A stretch of DNA of 63,769 nt, filler included, from Octopus bimaculoides (lineage: Eukaryota), in assembly GCF_001194135.2 (NCBI RefSeq). It is 4 parts of 4 records of this genome, joined end to end, with 100 filler letters (N's around TTAATTAATTAA, not from the genome) between each part and the next. Parts side by side here need not be neighbours in the genome. Positions count along the whole stretch, not along the records: positions 31,824 to 51,521 come from NC_068988.1; positions 51,622 to 62,091 come from NC_068982.1; 2 more parts are not named here. One strand, given 5' to 3'. Shown here in pieces: positions 41,309 to 54,171 of this stretch (position 1 is its first letter; each line of letters starts with the position of its first letter). Position numbers and translations under genes: made by a program. The notes beneath the pieces were generated by a model. It was not told the DNA's origin and made no database searches. It worked only from the letters and a program-made list of their open reading frames with translations.

Positions 41309-41571
41309 ATTGTTTGCCAACATAGCATGGCAGTCCTGGTTTAGGACTAATGTTGCTGTAATTTAACCACAGTAGACATCGTCTCCAGTTGGTTATACAA
41401 CACGATCTGTGTCCTTATATTTTCGAACAAATGTGGGTGCTAAATTCCCTTGATCGAAAATATAAGGACACAGATCGTGTCGTATAGCCAACTGGAGACG
41501 ATGTCTCCTGGGGCTAAATTACAGCAACATTAGTCCTAAACCAGGACTGCCATGTTATGTTGGCAAACAAT
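41309..41571. repeat. Long foldback inverted repeat: 118-bp arms, 27-nt loop
   Basis: 41309-41426 versus the reverse complement of 41454-41571 match 112/118 with no indels (aligned by hand). Confidence 0.95.
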
Positions 41572-42282
41572 CTTTATTACATTTCTACTTTGTTAAAAAA
41601 TGAATGCATTTAATATTGTAATCTTAAATTTAGAGAAAAATACGAGAAGTTGATACGTTTATCACTTGTGTCACAGATGACCTTTGGGCAAATAACAACT
41701 TGAACCTCGCATCACATATATAATTCATACCATCCGACTGACTAAGACGTAGTACCGTATATTTTAGCTGAAAATACATCTTACAGGCCATACACACTTG
41801 AAATCCTCTGTGTATCTTAGCTACTAATATTTAATAAAAAAAATATTGTTGGAAATCTTTATCGTAAAAGATATAAACAACTATTAGCTGTCATTGTAGA
41901 ATTACTTTCAACTAAAACAACAAAAATGATATTTTTCTACAATAAAACGATGCAAATGCAGTCAGCTGAATATGCTGGATATTATTTATTTGGAAATAAT
42001 AAAACTATTTACTTCATGTGAGCACATTTAATTTTACGCCGTCTAAGATTGGCAATAACAATTTATATCTACTATATCTAACTTTGACTACATTAAAAAA
42101 AAAAAAAAATGTAGATATCTATTTTTTTAAAAACTATTTCACTATGTTATAAAATACGGCCGTCGGGAGGCCGACAGCAGAATATTTCATGTAATTTATA
42201 CATAAACACATGTATCCATAGATAATACACACATATATTCAATCGGTTGCACGAAAGAAGAAGCATGAGGAGTATTCTATAA

Positions 42283-42460
42283 CTCTTTTATTTGTTTGTC
42301 ATTAGACAGCAGCTATGCTGTGGCACCACCTTGAAGTATTTCGGTCGAATGAATAGACGCTACTATCTTTCTTTTTTTTTTTAAACCTATTACTTATTCT
42401 ATCATCTCTTTTGCCGATCCACCGATGTCAAGCGGTGATGGGGGAACAAACACACACACA
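42283..42460 (-). mobile_element. SINE family B, 3' portion
   Basis: CATTAGACAGCAGCTATGCTGTGGCACCACCTTGAAG…TACTTATTCTATC…TCTTTTGCCGA…TGTCAAGCGGTGATGGGGGAACAAACAC. Confidence 0.7.
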
Positions 42461-42469
42461 GGCGCATAG

Positions 42470-42523
<54 letters not shown>

Positions 42524-43537
42524 CATATATATATGTATATATATATATATAAGGTTGAATATATATATATGTAGTGTAAACAGATTTAGCGGTTATAAGA
42601 ACCGACTAAGGGATAAAATATCAGCAAAATAGCTTACGCCACCTNNNNNNNNNNNNNNNNNNNNNNNNNNNNNNNNNNNNNNNNNNNNNNNNNNNNNNNN
42701 NNNNNNNNNNNNNNNNNNNNNNNNNNNNNNNNNNNNNNNNNNNNNNNNNNNNNNNNNNNNNNNNNNNNNNNNNNNNNNNNNNNNNNNNNNNNNNNNNNNN
42801 NNNNNNNNNNNNNNNNNNNNNNNNNNNNNNNNNNNNNNNNNNNNNNNNNNNNNNNNNNNNNNNNNNNNNNNNNNNNNNNNNNNNNNNNNNNNNNNNNNNN
42901 NNNNNNNNNNNNNNNNNNNNNNNNNNNNNNNNNNNNNNNNNNNNNNNNNNNNNNNNNNNNNNNNNNNNNNNNNNNNNNNNNNNNNNNNNNNNNNNNNNNN
43001 NNNNNNNNNNNNNNNNNNNNNNNNNNNNNNNNNNNNNNNNNNNNNNNNNNNNNNNNNNNNNNNNNNNNNNNNNNNNNNNNNNNNNNNNNNNNNNNNNNNN
43101 NNNNNNNNNNNNNNNNNNNNNNNNNNNNNNNNNNNNNNNNNNNNNNNNNNNNNNNNNNNNNNNNNNNNNNNNNNNNNNNNNNNNNNNNNNNNNNNNNNNN
43201 NNNNNNNNNNNNNNNNNNNNNNNNNNNNNNNNNNNNNNNNNNNNNNNNNNNNNNNNNNNNNNNNNNNNNNNNNNNNNNNNNNNNNNNNNNNNNNNNNNNN
43301 NNNNNNNNNNNNNNNNNNNNNNNNNNNNNNNNNNNNNNNNNNNNNNNNNNNNNNNNNNNNNNNNNNNNNNNNNNNNNNNNNNNNNNNNNNNNNNNNNNNN
43401 NNNNNNNNNNNNNNNNNNNNNNNNNNNNNNNNNNNNNNNNNNNNNNNNNNNNNNNNNNNNNNNNNNNNNNNNNNNNNNNNNNNNNNNNNNNNNNNNNNNN
43501 NNNNNNNNNNNNNNNNNNNNNNNNNNNNNNNNNNNNN

Positions 43538-43586
<49 letters not shown>

Positions 43587-44229
43587 CTAGTAATTATATT
43601 TTCAAGTTTTAACTTCATTTTAAATTTTTATATAGTTTCACCTATTATCTTTGGAAAGTTTCAATCCCTTATTACTTTGAATGTTTCATTTACAATTTTT
43701 TAAATTCTATTCGTAATTTTGGTGTTCATACTCAATACATTGACTGCTTTTCAACTCTTATATCTTTTATGATCCTTCTGGAAGGTTTATTTTTAAATTT
43801 TAGGTTCTAAGTTTAAAACGCTATTTTAAATTTAACATAGCACCCTCCCCTCTTCATCTCCCCTCCTCCTCTCACATCTACTTCCTCCCACCCTCCTTTC
43901 CTCTCTTGCTCCTACTCCTACTTCTCTTCTTCCTATTATCCGCACTCTTCTCTTCACTCCTACCCACCTCCTACCTTCTCTCTCTCCATTCATCGTCACC
44001 CCTCCATGGTAACCCCACCCCTACACATTCCAATCACACCTTCCCTATCCATCCCATCCCACCACCCCATTACTTACACCCACTCACATATAACCGACCC
44101 TACCCTCAGCCTAACCCACACATCACCCTTACTTTCCCCAGTCTCGCCTCCCCCACGTACATAATGCTCTCTTATATACACGCACGCGCACCTTCGTTTT
44201 GGGATCACCACTACTTTATTATCTCCCCT

Positions 44230-44385
44230 TCTTCCTAGCTCTCCTGTGTTCCCCTCTGTCCAGCGTTTCTTTGTGTTCCCTTCTGTGGAAGAGCGTAGGC
44301 TCGAAACGCTAAAGACTTTTTCACTTCCCGAGCGTTAAACTAATACATCTGTTTGTTGTCTTTTGTTTTTTGTAAATTCTCCCTA
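44230..44385 (+). mobile_element. Probable Penelope-like terminus with hammerhead-like motif
   Basis: CTGTGGA-A-GAGC[GTAG]GCTC-GAAACGCT…AGCGTT, followed by a T-rich tail. Preceded by about 350 bp of pyrimidine-rich sequence. Confidence 0.5.
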
Positions 44386-45175
44386 TATATATATGTATAN
44401 NNNNNNNNNNNNNNNNNNNNNNNNNNNNNNNNNNNNNNNNNNNNNNNNNNNNNNNNNNNNNNNNNNNNNNNNNNNNNNNNNNNNNNNNNNNNNNNNNNNN
44501 NNNNNNNNNNNNNNNNNNNNNNNNNNNNNNNNNNNNNNNNNNNNNNNNNNNNNNNNNNNNNNNNNNNNNNNNNNNNNNNNNNNNNNNNNNNNNNNNNNNN
44601 NNNNNNNNNNNNNNNNNNNNNNNNNNNNNNNNNNNNNNNNNNNNNNNNNNNNNNNNNNNNNNNNNNNNNNNNNNNNNNNNNNNNNNNNNNNNNNNNNNNN
44701 NNNNNNNNNNNNNNNNNNNNNNNNNNNNNNNNNNNNNNNNNNNNNNNNNNNNNNNNNNNNNNNNNNNNNNNNNNNNNNNNNNNNNNNNNNNNNNNNNNNN
44801 NNNNNNNNNNNNNNNNNNNNNNNNNNNNNNNNNNNNNNNNNNNNNNNNNNNNNNNNNNNNNNNNNNNNNNNNNNNNNNNNNNNNNNNNNNNNNNNNNNNN
44901 NNNNNNNNNNNNNNNNNNNNNNNNNNNNNNNNNNNNNNNNNNNNNNNNNNNNNNNNNNNNNNNNNNNNNNNNNNNNNNNNNNNNNNNNNNNNNNNNNNNN
45001 NNNNNNNNNNNNNNNNNNNNNNNNNNNNNNNNNNNNNNNNNNNNNNNNNNNNNNNNNNNNNNNNNNNNNNNNNNNNNNNNNNNNNNNNNNNNNNNNNNNN
45101 NNNNNNNNNNNNNNNNNNNNNNNNNNNNNNNNNNNNNNNNNNNNNNNNNNNNNNNNNNNNNNNNNNNNNNNNNNN

Positions 45176-45226
<51 letters not shown>

Positions 45227-45702
45227 TACGTACATAAACTCACACAAGCACACACGTGTAGACACGTATGCAGTTTAATACCGTGTCTAATGACGGTTAT
45301 CTCTGCTTATGTTGGGTTATACATAGAGAATTTAAAACACACTATATCATCAACTTGAATAATCGCATTATTTGAAATATTAGATAAATAAAAACACAAC
45401 ACAATCATTTGTATAAGTAGCTGAAGAAACAACGACAACTTGTAAATCAACTATAGGAAAAACAGCGTTAACAATAGCAACAACAACGACTGCCAGTGCT
45501 AACATTGTTTGCCAAAGAAGAAATATAAGCAATCTCATTTAATCTCGTTTCTACCTTCCCACATCAATGTCTTCATAATTCTCGCCGTTTTAATCTTTCT
45601 TTGGCTTTTCTTTCTCTCTTTCGTTGTCTTTTCCACTGCCTTTTTCTTTCTGGCCCTCGTGCTGTCTCTCTGCGTATGTGCGTAGGCACATACATACATA
45701 CA

Positions 45703-45733
<31 letters not shown>

Positions 45734-45938
45734 GGACATACGTATAACTGTGCCTGTGTGTGTGTTTATATATATATATATATATGCACATATATATCTA
45801 TACACATGTATATGCACATATATATGTTAGTATTTATATAAGTATATGAATATATATGTGTGTGTGTATGTATATATACAAATTGACATACATATTTACA
45901 TATGTACACATAAATATATATACATTATATATCTGTGC

Positions 45939-46034
<96 letters not shown>

Positions 46035-47319
46035 GCATACACATAAACACACATAACGTTCTTTACTACGTCATTTTAATTTCTCCCTGCTTTTCTGTTC
46101 TTTACTCTCCTCATACGACCACGAAACTATTTCATTTACTCTCACTCCACTCTTTAATATGATGTTTCGTATCTTTTTTTTTTTAATCATCACATTCTCT
46201 GTTTATGTCTTCCATTTTAAACTTCGGTTTTCTTACACTTACATCTTCATTATTTCTCTTTTTCTATCTCTCTTACCATTCATTCGTACATTTACTCCCC
46301 TGCTTCATCCCTTCCTCCTCTCTCGCTTGCTGCTTGTCCAAAACCTGCCCTTCAGCTATCTAACTGATTTTAATACGTCCTCCATGGCACGCTTCCAAAT
46401 TAATCTCTTTCGGAAAGAAGTTTGTTTCCAAGAAAAACAATATCACGGCCAAAAATGAGTGTGGATTTTATTCCAATTAATCAGAATAGTGCGGATTAGT
46501 TTTCTCAGAATGTACCCGCCATAGGGGATAGCTAGCGTGTTGTCTCTGAGGAAGATATATTTTAATTTTTCGAGTAAGCATCGTATCGTCTTCTCTAAGA
46601 AAACATATAGAAACATATAATATAACCGCAAGCAATGCAGCTATAATTTCGATACAGAATTCTAAGTAATTTAGCGTAGTAATTCCAAATCAAAAATTCG
46701 GGAAATTGAATGTGGCAATACGGTACTGTTTAGATTCGAACCTCACTATAATGGCATGAATAGTGGAGTTCATGCCCAACAATGACTTGAACGCCTTAAT
46801 TTTAAGTCGAATTGTTCTTTCTGATATTGGATGCGTTAGTAAGCTATCGACCGATCTAACTATACAATGGAATTTCTTGTTTGGAATATCTTATCTCTTT
46901 CTTTTTAGATTACAGTACAGTGATACTTATTTCTTCTAAAATTTACGCCATTCGTATTATTATTTTAGGTGCAAGATGTATTCGAAAAGTGTATTTACAG
47001 GTTTAATAAGCAGCTCAAATTACAATATATACGAACATTGATGCATTCCATAAAAATCAACGTTAAATTTAAATAAAATTTTATATGGAAACATACTGAA
47101 AGTGAACAATCAAATCATTACACAGCTATCATCCTTCTAGTATTATACTTGGAACGTTGATCACAGAAGAGAAAATCGCATGAAGGAGATCAAATGACGT
47201 ATAGTGCTGGCAAAATCTGCATTCTCAAAATTGTATAACATATTGAAAAACCGTACTCTGAGCACCAAGACCAAGATTTGTATACTGAACTGCTATGCGT
47301 ACCCTATGTTAATTTAAGG

Positions 47320-47560
47320 GGATGAGGCATGATCTATAACATCAGAAATGAAAAGGTGCTTGGAGAGCTGAAAAATGGGGTTCCTACAGAGAATATTGAG
47401 GATAGAAATGGACAGAAAAGTGTCTAATGAAGAAGTGATGAGCCGGGTTGCGATAAAAAGAATACAACTTCCTGAGATACGGGACAAAGAACTGAGATTT
47501 CGTGAGATTGGGGCCAAATAACTGAGATTGTAGCGCTCTTCATGAATACGCAAGGTTGTC
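47320..47560 (+). mobile_element. RTE-clade LINE fragment (post-RT region)
   Basis: EA*SITSEMKRCLES*KMGFLQRILRIEMDRKVSNEEVMSRVAIKR…IRDKELRF resembles the RTE motif EAWT…KRLEAxEMWFxRRxLRISW…VTNEEVL. Confidence 0.7.
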
Positions 47561-47770
47561 AAGTGAAAGAAGATACAAACTTGTGAGAAAGGATGACACT
47601 CTCAATGAAGGTTTGAACACAAATTCTCAAACAGCGAATGGGAAACAGGGCATATGGACTCTTACAAAAATTGTTTACCATAATACATTCGCAAACAAAG
47701 GCTAGATATTATCAGTACTGAAGAGATTACGCGGAGGTGGAAACCGTATGAAAATGACTGGAAAAGCCAT

Positions 47771-47809
<39 letters not shown>

Positions 47810-48860
47810 NNNNNNNNNNNNNNNNNNNNNNNNNNNNNNNNNNNNNNNNNNNNNNNNNNNNNNNNNNNNNNNNNNNNNNNNNNNNNNNNNNNNNNNNNNN
47901 NNNNNNNNNNNNNNNNNNNNNNNNNNNNNNNNNNNNNNNNNNNNNNNNNNNNNNNNNNNNNNNNNNNNNNNNNNNNNNNNNNNNNNNNNNNNNNNNNNNN
48001 NNNNNNNNNNNNNNNNNNNNNNNNNNNNNNNNNNNNNNNNNNNNNNNNNNNNNNNNNNNNNNNNNNNNNNNNNNNNNNNNNNNNNNNNNNNNNNNNNNNN
48101 NNNNNNNNNNNNNNNNNNNNNNNNNNNNNNNNNNNNNNNNNNNNNNNNNNNNNNNNNNNNNNNNNNNNNNNNNNNNNNNNNNNNNNNNNNNNNNATATAT
48201 ATACTAGCATTTATATGTATGTATATGTGTATATATATAAATACTAACATATAGATAGATAGATAGATAGATGCCTCTGACAACATTTATCAAGATGACA
48301 AAAGAGGCAATGTGGACTGTAAAAGTACAAACTTAACGTATTTATATTTGACAGTCAATAATAGAGACATGGGTTTTCCTATTCACGTACGTCTCTGTTG
48401 TATTTGTACTAATATATTTGTTTGCAGTTAGCTACTTTCGAAGTAACCCACTTTCTTTATTTCCTTAATCATGTACAAGCACATATCGTATAATATATGC
48501 GTATATACCCACAGAGTAGCATCTAGGCACGTTTCTACACATCTCCGTATATGTACAGTCGAGATATATACACATTATTGAGACAAAGTGATCTCTGCTC
48601 CAAATTGTAAAATAATTTTTGTTAGGACATAGAAATGTATCGCAACACACATTTCATTGAAACAAGCATTGCTCAACTGCTTTTTCAAGTCGATTACATT
48701 TACTGTATTTCTATTAAAAGTCTTACGACAGCCATGAAATGGTGTTAAAGAAATTTTTACCGTAAAAGGGTGCCGATTTTCAACTGTACACTTCATTAGT
48801 TCATAGATTTCCCCACTTCCTTTGTTTCACAAATGAGAAATAATGATTGTGCCTACTCTC

Positions 48861-48958
48861 ACATGACAGGGTTATTTACTTGTAGTACTATGTTTCAGAA
48901 CAGCGTAGAGAGAACAGACATCTTATTTAAAACACACAGACATACACAGAAGCGCGCG

Positions 48959-48997
<39 letters not shown>

Positions 48998-49057
48998 ACA
49001 CACATACACTCACACACACACACACACNNNNNNNNNNNNNNNNNNNNNNNNNNNNNN

Positions 49058-49113
<56 letters not shown>

Positions 49114-49195
49114 AGAAACGTAAAAAAGCAAGTTAGGCCGGTCAATCTAAAAAGTATAATAAACATAGTACTACAAGTAAATAACCCTGTCATGT
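48861..49195. repeat. Perfect 35-bp inverted repeat pair flanking (CA)n-gap-(GA)n
   Basis: ACATGACAGGGTTATTTACTTGTAGTACTATGTTT at 48861-48895; its exact reverse complement is at 49161-49195. Confidence 0.9.
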
Positions 49196-49206
49196 ATGTT
49201 TCCGTA

Positions 49207-49481
49207 CAAAACGGTCTGACTTACAGAATAGAAATGATATCAAGAATTAACGGGGTTGACGAAAAATATTACAAATCCAGCAACTATCTCTGGTGGTCCA
49301 AAATAATGTTCGTCGAATGGGACGAGCCTCCGTGTTCAGGGAAAAGATCTACCATGGAATCAATCAACGAACATAATTTTGGACCACTCGTCTCGAGAAA
49401 CAGCTGTTGGATTTCTAATACTTTTCTTCAACCCCTTTTAATTCTTGATATCGTTCTTATTCTGTAAGTTAGACCATTTTG
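49207..49481. repeat. Diverged foldback element with about 110-bp imperfect arms
   Basis: CAAAACGGTCTGACTTACAGAATA…GATATCAAGAATTAA…GGTGGTCCAAAATAATGTTCGT pairs with ACGAACATAATTTTGGACCAC…TTAATTCTTGATATC…TATTCTGTAAGTTAGACCATTTTG. Spacer about 45 bp. Confidence 0.8.
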
Positions 49482-49681
49482 AATGCAGATATACATATTT
49501 TGTATTTCACGTATTTAATATACCTTGTAGATTGACCTGCCGAACATGCTTATTCTTACATTTACTGCTCTACCCGCTCAAGTTTAAACCTCTTGAGCAT
49601 TAGTAAGTGTATTCTGTACAGGGAATATACTATTCTCATCGATGAATTATATATATATATATATATATATACATACATATA

Positions 49682-49870
49682 CGAGGTCCGATCAATAAGT
49701 ATCCGGACTGTTGCCATAGTAACGAAGGTAAATCACGCAGAGTAGAGCTGCTTGGAAAAGGGTGACTTTGAAATCCGTTGTGCATGTGCAATAAGTTTTA
49801 ATGTTCTAGCTCATTTCTGCTGTATACAGCAGTCTTTGGAAGTAACGAGTGTATCGAGTGATCGTCATAT
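49682..49870 (+). mobile_element. Mariner-type element left end (TIR plus 5' region)
   Basis: TA|CGAGGTCCGATCAATAAGTATCCGGAC is a mariner-style TIR inserted at a TA run. No partner TIR found. Confidence 0.55.
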
Positions 49871-49895
49871 TATATATATATATGTGTATGTGTGT

Positions 49896-49927
<32 letters not shown>

Positions 49928-50619
49928 CGTTTGATTTTCAGGAGATATTCAATTTCCTTGGCTGTGATGTTCAAAATGATATTCGGAAGATTTACAATGT
50001 TTGTCACCTCTCTTTTCAAGAAATTTCGTAGAATGTTCCATTTAGCCTAATTAACTTTTGCCTTGACTCTGCCGTGCCGACCATTCCAAACGAGGATGAA
50101 ATAGTACTATACAGAGCAACCAACGACTAAAAACTTTAAGAACTTTATTTTACGTAAAAAAAAAATTAGAATTAAATATTCATAATCTTTAACTCAACTT
50201 GGTTTAACTCAGAATAATTTCCACCCGAAGCAAAACATGTGTTCACAATGTTAAATTTTTTATGAAACTAATTTCAATAACTATATCTATGAGGTCCTTA
50301 CATATGACTATTCTCATTCTACCTCATGACTACCTATTCTATCTCATGCTCATATTCATGTGTACAAATCACGAGTAACTATATATTCGCAAAATATTGG
50401 CCAGAGAGAGCATAGCTCAGCGTTTCTCTGCGGTGAGACACACGAAAGCTTTAAATCTTTCTGTATTGCATTAATTTTAGACTTTAGGAAATTGTGGAAC
50501 TGTTTCAGTTAATCTAAATGTATCTTAAAAAGGAATTCTAATACGCTTTCATATTCATTCCTTTATACTATATATAAATATTTGTGCACATGTGCGAGTG
50601 TGTGTGCGTATGTGTACAG

Positions 50620-50693
<74 letters not shown>

Positions 50694-50829
50694 GTGATAT
50701 ACAGAGAGAGAGAGGGAGGTAAATCAAGAGAAAGATAAATAGACAGACAGAGAGAGAGAGTGAAAGATATAAAAATGTGTCTGAGAGAGGTAAATCAAGA
50801 GAAAGAAAGATAGATAGAGAGATAGATAA

Positions 50830-50895
<66 letters not shown>

Positions 50896-51457
50896 GTAAG
50901 AGTGCGTATGTGTTTCTGTGTGACTATACAGGTATTTTGGCGCGATTGGGCATATATTATCTATCCTTGAAAATTAAATTGGCGGTGAAAAAAGGACGTC
51001 AAATATACGACTTAATGAGACTGAATATTTGCCATAAGTTAACTGACAGAATATGTAAATATTTCCGTTATTATTCATCTTCTTAGTCGCTGTTGTTCTG
51101 AAAACATATGCTTGGTATTAGCTGCACCCTACTTAACAGCTGGAACACAAATCCATTGAGCACGTAGACTGCAACGAAATAGTCTTTTTATTAATCAGCT
51201 TTCTATCATCTGGGAAAAACGTATCAAAAACTATCTGAAAAGCAGATGACGCAGTATATTGTGGCAGATAATTTCCATGTCCTGCGAAGGATATGTAACG
51301 TTTCGGCACAGTCGTTCTTGAACCGTCTTTTTGGCATCACTGAATCGACGCTGACTTGTTTGACATCAGACGTTTTAAAGTTTCTTTAGTTTTACAGCGT
51401 CTGTCATTCACTAACTCCAGCCCTTCCATCTTCTCCACCTGTCTTTTAGCAGCTTTC

Positions 51458-51521
<64 letters not shown>

Positions 51522-51621
51522 NNNNNNNNNNNNNNNNNNNNNNNNNNNNNNNNNNNNNNNNNNNNTTAATTAATTAANNNNNNNNNNNNNNNNNNNNNNN
51601 NNNNNNNNNNNNNNNNNNNNN
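51522..51621. other. Assembly spacer 44N-TTAATTAATTAA-44N
   Basis: Linker at 51566-51577 with 44 N on each side. Confidence 0.95.
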
Positions 51622-52099
51622 ATATATATATATATATATATATATACATAAAACATACATGTGTATATACATACACATATGGGTATATATGCGGTATACG
51701 TGAGTGGGCGTTTATGCATGCATATGTATATGTGAGTGTTAGCGTGTGTAACAACCTTTTATCTATTTCTATATCTGAAGTCTAATGTCTGTTGGCCAAT
51801 TTCTTTTCTGGCTTCATTAGTAAGGCAATGACTTCTTGTGTAATGAGACAGCAGAAATCTTATTACGATGAACTCTAAAACTTGTTGCATTCATTTCCGG
51901 AGTTAAAAATTGCTGTGATAAGTTCCTGAAAATTAATATGAAAGCAATGATTTGCAGACATGCGTATACAGAATACATGCACACCACACATGCATAGGCA
52001 CAAATACATGTTTAACTACGCACGCACAAATATTCACAAACACAAAACATTCAAACGCTGCATAGATGCATTTTATTGTATATATGTGTATGTTAAATC

Positions 52100-52275
52100 G
52101 GCAAGCAGGCAGAATTGTTGGCACACCGAGCAAACTGCTTTGCGGAGTTCAAACTCTGCCGAGGTCAACTTTGCCTTTCAGCATTTTGGAATCGATAAAA
52201 TCAGTACCGGTCAGGCGACTGGGGGTCGATGAAATCGACTTACCGTTTTCCCCGAAATTGCTAGCCTCGAGTTTA
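52100..52275 (+). mobile_element. SINE family A
   Basis: GGCAAGCAGGCAGAATTGTTGGCACACCGAGC…GAGTTCAAACTCTGCCGAGGTCAACTTTGCCTTTCA…. Confidence 0.75.
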
Positions 52276-52311
52276 AAGGTTTAAAGCCAAAGTTAATGTC
52301 CTGTGGAAAAC

Positions 52312-52518
52312 GGCGAGCAGGCTGATTCGTTAGCATTCCAGGCAAAACGCTTAACAGCATTTCATCTTTACGTTCTGAGTTCAAATTCAGCCGAGGTTCA
52401 CTTTACCTTTCGTCCCTTCAGGGTCGATAAAATAAGTACCAGCTGAGCAGTGAGGTCGATGTAATCGACTTATCTTCTTCCTCGGAATTGCCGGCCTTGA
52501 ACCAAAATTTGAATCCGA
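52312..52518 (+). mobile_element. SINE family A (tandem with the previous copy)
   Basis: GGCGAGCAGG…TTACGTTCTGAGTTCAAATTCAGCCGAGG…GGGTCGATAAAATAAGTACCAG…GGCCTTGAACCAAAATTTGAA. Confidence 0.8.
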
Positions 52519-52917
52519 TTTTAGTGTCTCTTGTACATGTAAGCACTATGGCAATGGCAGTAAATTCTTGTGAAAGGAATGGTAATAGATTTAGGGGCGA
52601 AATAAATAGAAGCACAGTTACTTTAGATTATTTGTGTTGAAATATGTGAGAGATCAGAAACAATCATTCCGCTTTGAGTTGTAAGAGTGAGAAATCTGGA
52701 CCAGGTTGTCATGAACCTTTTAATGGCAGTAGCTAGCACAGCAGATAATTTGCCAGCAAGAGTGACTACAAGAGCTATCCCTATGGAAGGATATCAGATG
52801 ACTTTATGTAACAAAACCATAATATCCGAATCGAAAACATACAGATGCCTCCAGATAAAAGGAGATGATTGCTGGGATCAGCAGAATGCCACTGAGGAAC
52901 AGGCCTACATTTTTTAT

Positions 52918-53283
52918 TCTTTTACTAGTTTCAATTATTTGATTGTACCCATGCCGGAGCACCGCCTTTAGTCGAGCAAATCGACCCCAAGACTTATTGT
53001 TTGTAAGCCTAGCATTAGTTCTATTGGTTACTTTTGCCGAACCGCTAAGTTACGGGTACATAAACACATCAACATCGGCTTTCAAGTGATGGGAGGAGGG
53101 GACAAACACAGGCACAAAATTACATACATACATACATACATATACGATGGGTTTCTTCCAGTTTCCACCTGCCAAATCCACTCAGAAGGTTTTGGTCGGC
53201 CAAAAACTACAGTAGAAGACACTTGCCCAAGTGGGACTGAACCCAGAACCATGTAGTTGGGAAGCAAGCTTCTTACCACACAT
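52918..53283 (-). mobile_element. SINE family B, near full length
   Basis: Complete order on the minus strand: head (…GGGAAGCAAGCTTCTTACCACAC), body (AAATCCACTCA), internal (TACA)n and 3' GCACCGCCTTTAGTCGA. Confidence 0.8.
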
Positions 53284-53410
53284 TGACTTTCGTTCAATCA
53301 GCTGGTAAAGGGTATATGTGGTAAGATCAGGAATACCCAATGACTATGGGATCTAATTCTGACAATATGACAATGTGTTCAAGTAATACATCTCTACCTG
53401 TATGTCGAAC

Positions 53411-53471
<61 letters not shown>

Positions 53472-54171
53472 CCCACATATACATATGTGTATATATATAT
53501 GTGTGTGTGTGTGTTTGTATGCATGTATATATATTTGCATTATGTATACATATATAAATGTATGTATCTATATACATATATACGTACGTAGATACATGCA
53601 TACATACGTACGTACATGCATACTTAAATATATGCATATATACATACATGTATGTATATGTATATATATATATAGTGTACATACATCGTGACATATATAT
53701 ACCTACCTACCTACCTAGATACACACATACATACATACATACATAAATACATACATACATACATACATACACACATACATACATACCTAAATACCAATCT
53801 TGAGAAATTAGGTTTCTAAAAACCGGAAAGAGAAGACTACAGATGCAAGCCATCACTGGAACTGTAAAACTTTCCAGAAGTTTATAATTGAAGTATATAT
53901 GAACATGTCTAGACATGCAACTATATGCAGGAGAATATATACATGAAACAAAACACACATACATACAAACAAGAGTAAAAGAAACTGACGTGCATTCTCC
54001 AAATTCAATCTGTTAGCTGCACAATAAAAATGTGTAAGTTATTGCAAAGATTTTCCACCTGAAAGTAGTAAATGGCCACGATATACATTAAGTACTGAAC
54101 GAGATTCGTTGATATTAAATCAAATAAAATATCGAAGCTGCACTAAATATACAGACATGATGATTAAAGAA

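Noticed and set aside
52687-52971. 94-aa ORF
   Set aside because: No ATG at the annotated start (GTG), no recognisable motif, and its 3' end runs into a SINE tail.
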